DNA from: a virus
IMG/VR virus record: IMGVR_UViG_3300044653_000098
Span: 1-64,000 of that record
DNA: 64,000 bases
Direction: 5' to 3' (one strand)
The notes below the pieces were generated by a model that ran no database searches, was not told the origin of the DNA, and saw nothing but the letters and a program-made list of their open reading frames with translations. Below, one piece after another: positions 61,670 through 64,000 of this stretch. The stretch's first letter is position 1, and every line of letters begins with the position of its first letter. The position numbers were made by a program, and so were the translations under genes.

Positions 61670-61773
61670 GCCTCCGTTTGGTGGGCTTGCTTACAGGTCA
61701 ATCCTCGCACGGACGGTAGACACGTGTCAACCTCTCGTGCTAGTCTGATCTCATCAGCCCACCAAACGGAGGC
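61670..61773. promoter_or_regulatory. dyad copy 12 (61715-61732); bidirectional promoter with the leader motif on both sides
   Basis: Rightward TAGACA-18-TAGTCT; leftward TTGACA-18-GAGGAT; AGCCCACCAAACGGAGGC at 61756 (+) and 61670-61687 (-). Confidence 0.8.
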
Positions 61774-61780
61774 ACCCAAA

Positions 61781-61993
61781 ATGTTCAATCTCTACGTATG
61801 GGAAGGCGTCCTAGCAGGCTGGTCAAGCGGCATGGCTGTGGCGATCGGCCGCACGCAGGATGAGGCCATAGCCACGCTTGACCGCCTCACGCCTAAAGAT
61901 GTGCGTGAGCTGCAGAAGGAAACCCCGGAGGTTATCCCGTTGCGTGCCCGTGGCATGACGCCTAGAGGCTGGTACCTCTACGGGGGAGACTAA
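61781..61993 (+). CDS. hypothetical protein (70 aa)
   Basis: ATG after the leader; 'LYVWEGVL..WSSG.A.A....DEA...YGG'. Confidence 0.7.
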   Translation: MFNLYVWEGVLAGWSSGMAVAIGRTQDEAIATLDRLTPKDVRELQKETPEVIPLRARGMTPRGWYLYGGD

Positions 61994-62024
61994 GGGAACC
62001 CCGTAAGGCCGTTCACACGCGCCG

Positions 62025-62639
62025 ATGTGTGCGAGCGTGCCTGTTGTCGACTCGGCGGATATCTCCGATCTTCCGCCGGCGTTGCGGCCGCGTAAGGCCA
62101 GCGTGCCCGACGCGCTCTCTGATCTGCCCGTCGGGTTCAACGTGCTGCATGAGCCACGGCCGGCCGCTCAGCGCGCGGAGGCTGCACCGCTAGTTGTCCA
62201 GTGCTATCACTGTGCGCGCATCCGCCACAGCAAGTGTGCGCGCATTGCCGGAACGGGCCCGTGCCTGTGCTACCAATGCCACAGATTTAAGATCATTGCC
62301 GACGCTGAGTCAGCGCTCACCTCGCGTGACGCGCGGCGTTTGGCCGAATCGCTGCAGCTAACTCTGATCTTGCTAGCGCAGCGCATAGGCCGTGAGCCTA
62401 AAGACAATCCCGACCCCTATCCTCCTCGCGCTTGCGCGTGCGGCTGTGGCCGGCTCGTCTACAGCTCATCCCGCGGAGGCGCACGGAAGAAATACGCTCG
62501 CAAGTCATGCCTCAAGGCGGCCGACGCGCGACGTTCCCGGGCCCGCAAGCGAGAAGGGAAAACGGGCACGTTCGTGCTTATCTCCGCGTTCGATGCAGAT
62601 GGTTTCCCCCTGCCTGGCATGGTGGCTCCGCCGGCCTAG
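62025..62639 (+). CDS. Cys-rich basic putative DNA-binding protein
   Basis: 'CACGCG...KKY...SC...A..RR' zinc-finger-like pattern; start uncertain. Confidence 0.5.
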   Translation: MCASVPVVDSADISDLPPALRPRKASVPDALSDLPVGFNVLHEPRPAAQRAEAAPLVVQCYHCARIRHSKCARIAGTGPCLCYQCHRFKIIADAESALTSRDARRLAESLQLTLILLAQRIGREPKDNPDPYPPRACACGCGRLVYSSSRGGARKKYARKSCLKAADARRSRARKREGKTGTFVLISAFDADGFPLPGMVAPPA

Positions 62640-62675
62640 GCGGGCCCTAGGCCCGGACGGTATGCCACGATGCAC

Positions 62676-62984
62676 TTATTTTGTGAGGTGCGCGTAGGGG
62701 TCTTGACCTTCTGGGTAGATCACCCATGGCTCGTCTGGGCCAGCCTCCCCGTAGCACGTGCCTAGCGGGTGGGGGGTCTCGTTATCCGCTATGGCCAGGA
62801 AAGCATCACGGTCGAATCCGGGTAGCAAGTTCTCAAGATCATAAGAGACTTGCTCCATGAAAGCTCCGGCTATCCGCGCGCAATCGTCGGTTGGCTCCAT
62901 GCCCATATCGATCATCTGCCGGTACATTTCGCTCATGCGCCGTGCGAGCGTTCCGGTAAGGCTGTCTGTGCTCATGGTCATCAC
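62676..62984 (-). CDS. hypothetical protein
   Basis: SD GAGGAG; 'PGFDRDAFL'. Confidence 0.6.
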   Translation of the reverse strand: MMTMSTDSLTGTLARRMSEMYRQMIDMGMEPTDDCARIAGAFMEQVSYDLENLLPGFDRDAFLAIADNETPHPLGTCYGEAGPDEPWVIYPEGQDPYAHLTK

Positions 62985-63046
62985 TCCTCACCAATCCACG
63001 GCTATCCAGCAGATAGCCTCTCCGGACGGTGTGGGCACGGTGTCAG

Positions 63047-63994
63047 TCATGAGAGCGCGCCAATCTGGTAACCGAGGCGGGCAGTGAATGCGCGCATGCC
63101 GTCAAGATCCCCGGTGCAGCGGGGATCGGCTGTGGCAATCGAGAGCGTGAGCGCTCCCCATACCATCCACAGCTCAGCGAGCGACAGCACCCATGGCTGC
63201 GGGTTGCTGAGCTTGCCGTGGAGCGAGCGGAGCCGCGCGGAGTTAGCTTCCGTCGCGCCGGCGTTCTCAAGCTCGCTCAGCGCGTTCTCTGCGGCATCCT
63301 GAGCCATGGCACGCTCAGCGCTCGTGAGCAGTCCGGCCGGCCGCGGGTAGGTCTCTATCGGCCGTTGCTCTCCGTTGACGAACTGAAAATGATCTCCCGC
63401 GTACTCAGCCGACCACACGCGCTCGCGGTCCGCTTCCCGTGCCCACAGCTCAGACGCCATGAGCGCGGCTGAGTCAAAGTCAATCCCTGCGTACTGCTGC
63501 AGCGCTTGCGCTATCTGACACCAGCACGCGCACGTTCCCGCGTGCACAGGATTACCGCAGCTCTGGCACCAATCCGGAGCGCCGCGCGAGCGGAGCCATG
63601 CATCTACCGCGTCCGTAACCGCATTGGCCATGTCCGTTTCAGCGTCGCTGAACATCACCTCGCTCAGCTCATCCCCGCGCGGCTGGTAGCCGTCTAGCGC
63701 TGTGATCACGTATTCGTTGGCGTCCACATGATCATGCAGCTCAGCAAACGAGCGCGCGGTGTCCGGGATGACGCCGGCCGCTATGTCCTCCGTGATCATG
63801 CGCTGCACCTCTGTGGCGTAGCGCTGAATATCGGCCGGCTGTGGCACTATCGCTAGCGCATCCTTGTGCTCTGCCGACCGTAGGCAGTTCCCGCACGTGA
63901 CGTCAGACCATGCTGCGGTGTAGACGCAACGGTGCGCCGGCATGTGGCACGGTGACCAGGATGCGCCCGGTTGCCTGTAATGGGTCTTGCTCAT
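63047..63994 (-). CDS. mosaic hypothetical protein
   Basis: 315 aa; CxxC motifs and 'SFAELHDHVDANEY'. Confidence 0.6.
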   Translation of the reverse strand: MSKTHYRQPGASWSPCHMPAHRCVYTAAWSDVTCGNCLRSAEHKDALAIVPQPADIQRYATEVQRMITEDIAAGVIPDTARSFAELHDHVDANEYVITALDGYQPRGDELSEVMFSDAETDMANAVTDAVDAWLRSRGAPDWCQSCGNPVHAGTCACWCQIAQALQQYAGIDFDSAALMASELWAREADRERVWSAEYAGDHFQFVNGEQRPIETYPRPAGLLTSAERAMAQDAAENALSELENAGATEANSARLRSLHGKLSNPQPWVLSLAELWMVWGALTLSIATADPRCTGDLDGMRAFTARLGYQIGALS

Positions 63995-64000
63995 CTCGCT

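Noticed and set aside
46793-61732. Repeated dyads as a CRISPR array or integron attC sites
   Set aside because: Spacing is 0.5-4 kb and irregular, the repeat is only 18 bp, and there is no attC R/L box structure, cas gene or integrase in the window
1-64000. tRNA, rRNA, integrase, terminase, capsid or DNA polymerase genes
   Set aside because: None recognised in this window, so lifestyle (temperate or lytic) cannot be determined here

Overview
This is a 64-kb segment of a high-GC, long-tailed (sipho-type) dsDNA phage of an actinobacterial host. Evidence: WhiB, an Rpf-like LysM transglycosylase, and an actinophage-type tail module. Order of content: head-tail joining genes with an embedded PhoD-domain protein and a GT4 glycosyltransferase (1-9 kb); an inserted operon of small non-structural genes (Toprim, NADAR, MazG-like, FHA; 9-17 kb); cell-wall and lysis genes (17-22 kb); a candidate structured ncRNA and a frameshifted HNH (22 kb); the tail module (23-46 kb), with major tail, G/GT chaperones carrying a GGGAAAG slip site, a 2433-aa tape measure, a GH135-like-domain tail protein and two fibres; and an early-type region (46-64 kb) built from repeated regulatory cassettes. 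The most striking non-coding structure has five parts. (1) Twelve copies of an 18-bp quasi-palindrome GGTTGACACGTGTCTACC whose arms are themselves -35 boxes; two copies appear to fire in both directions. (2) A conserved start-associated leader AGCCCA(C/G)N0-1RAACGGAGGC in 10 copies. (3) A separate sigma28/WhiG-like -10 motif ((G/C)CCGAT(A/T)A) in front of late genes, three of them apparently leaderless at identical spacing. (4) A parS-consensus site. (5) A roughly 180-nt multi-hairpin RNA candidate with its own late-type promoter. All functional calls come from motif recognition by eye; no database searches or folding computations were run.
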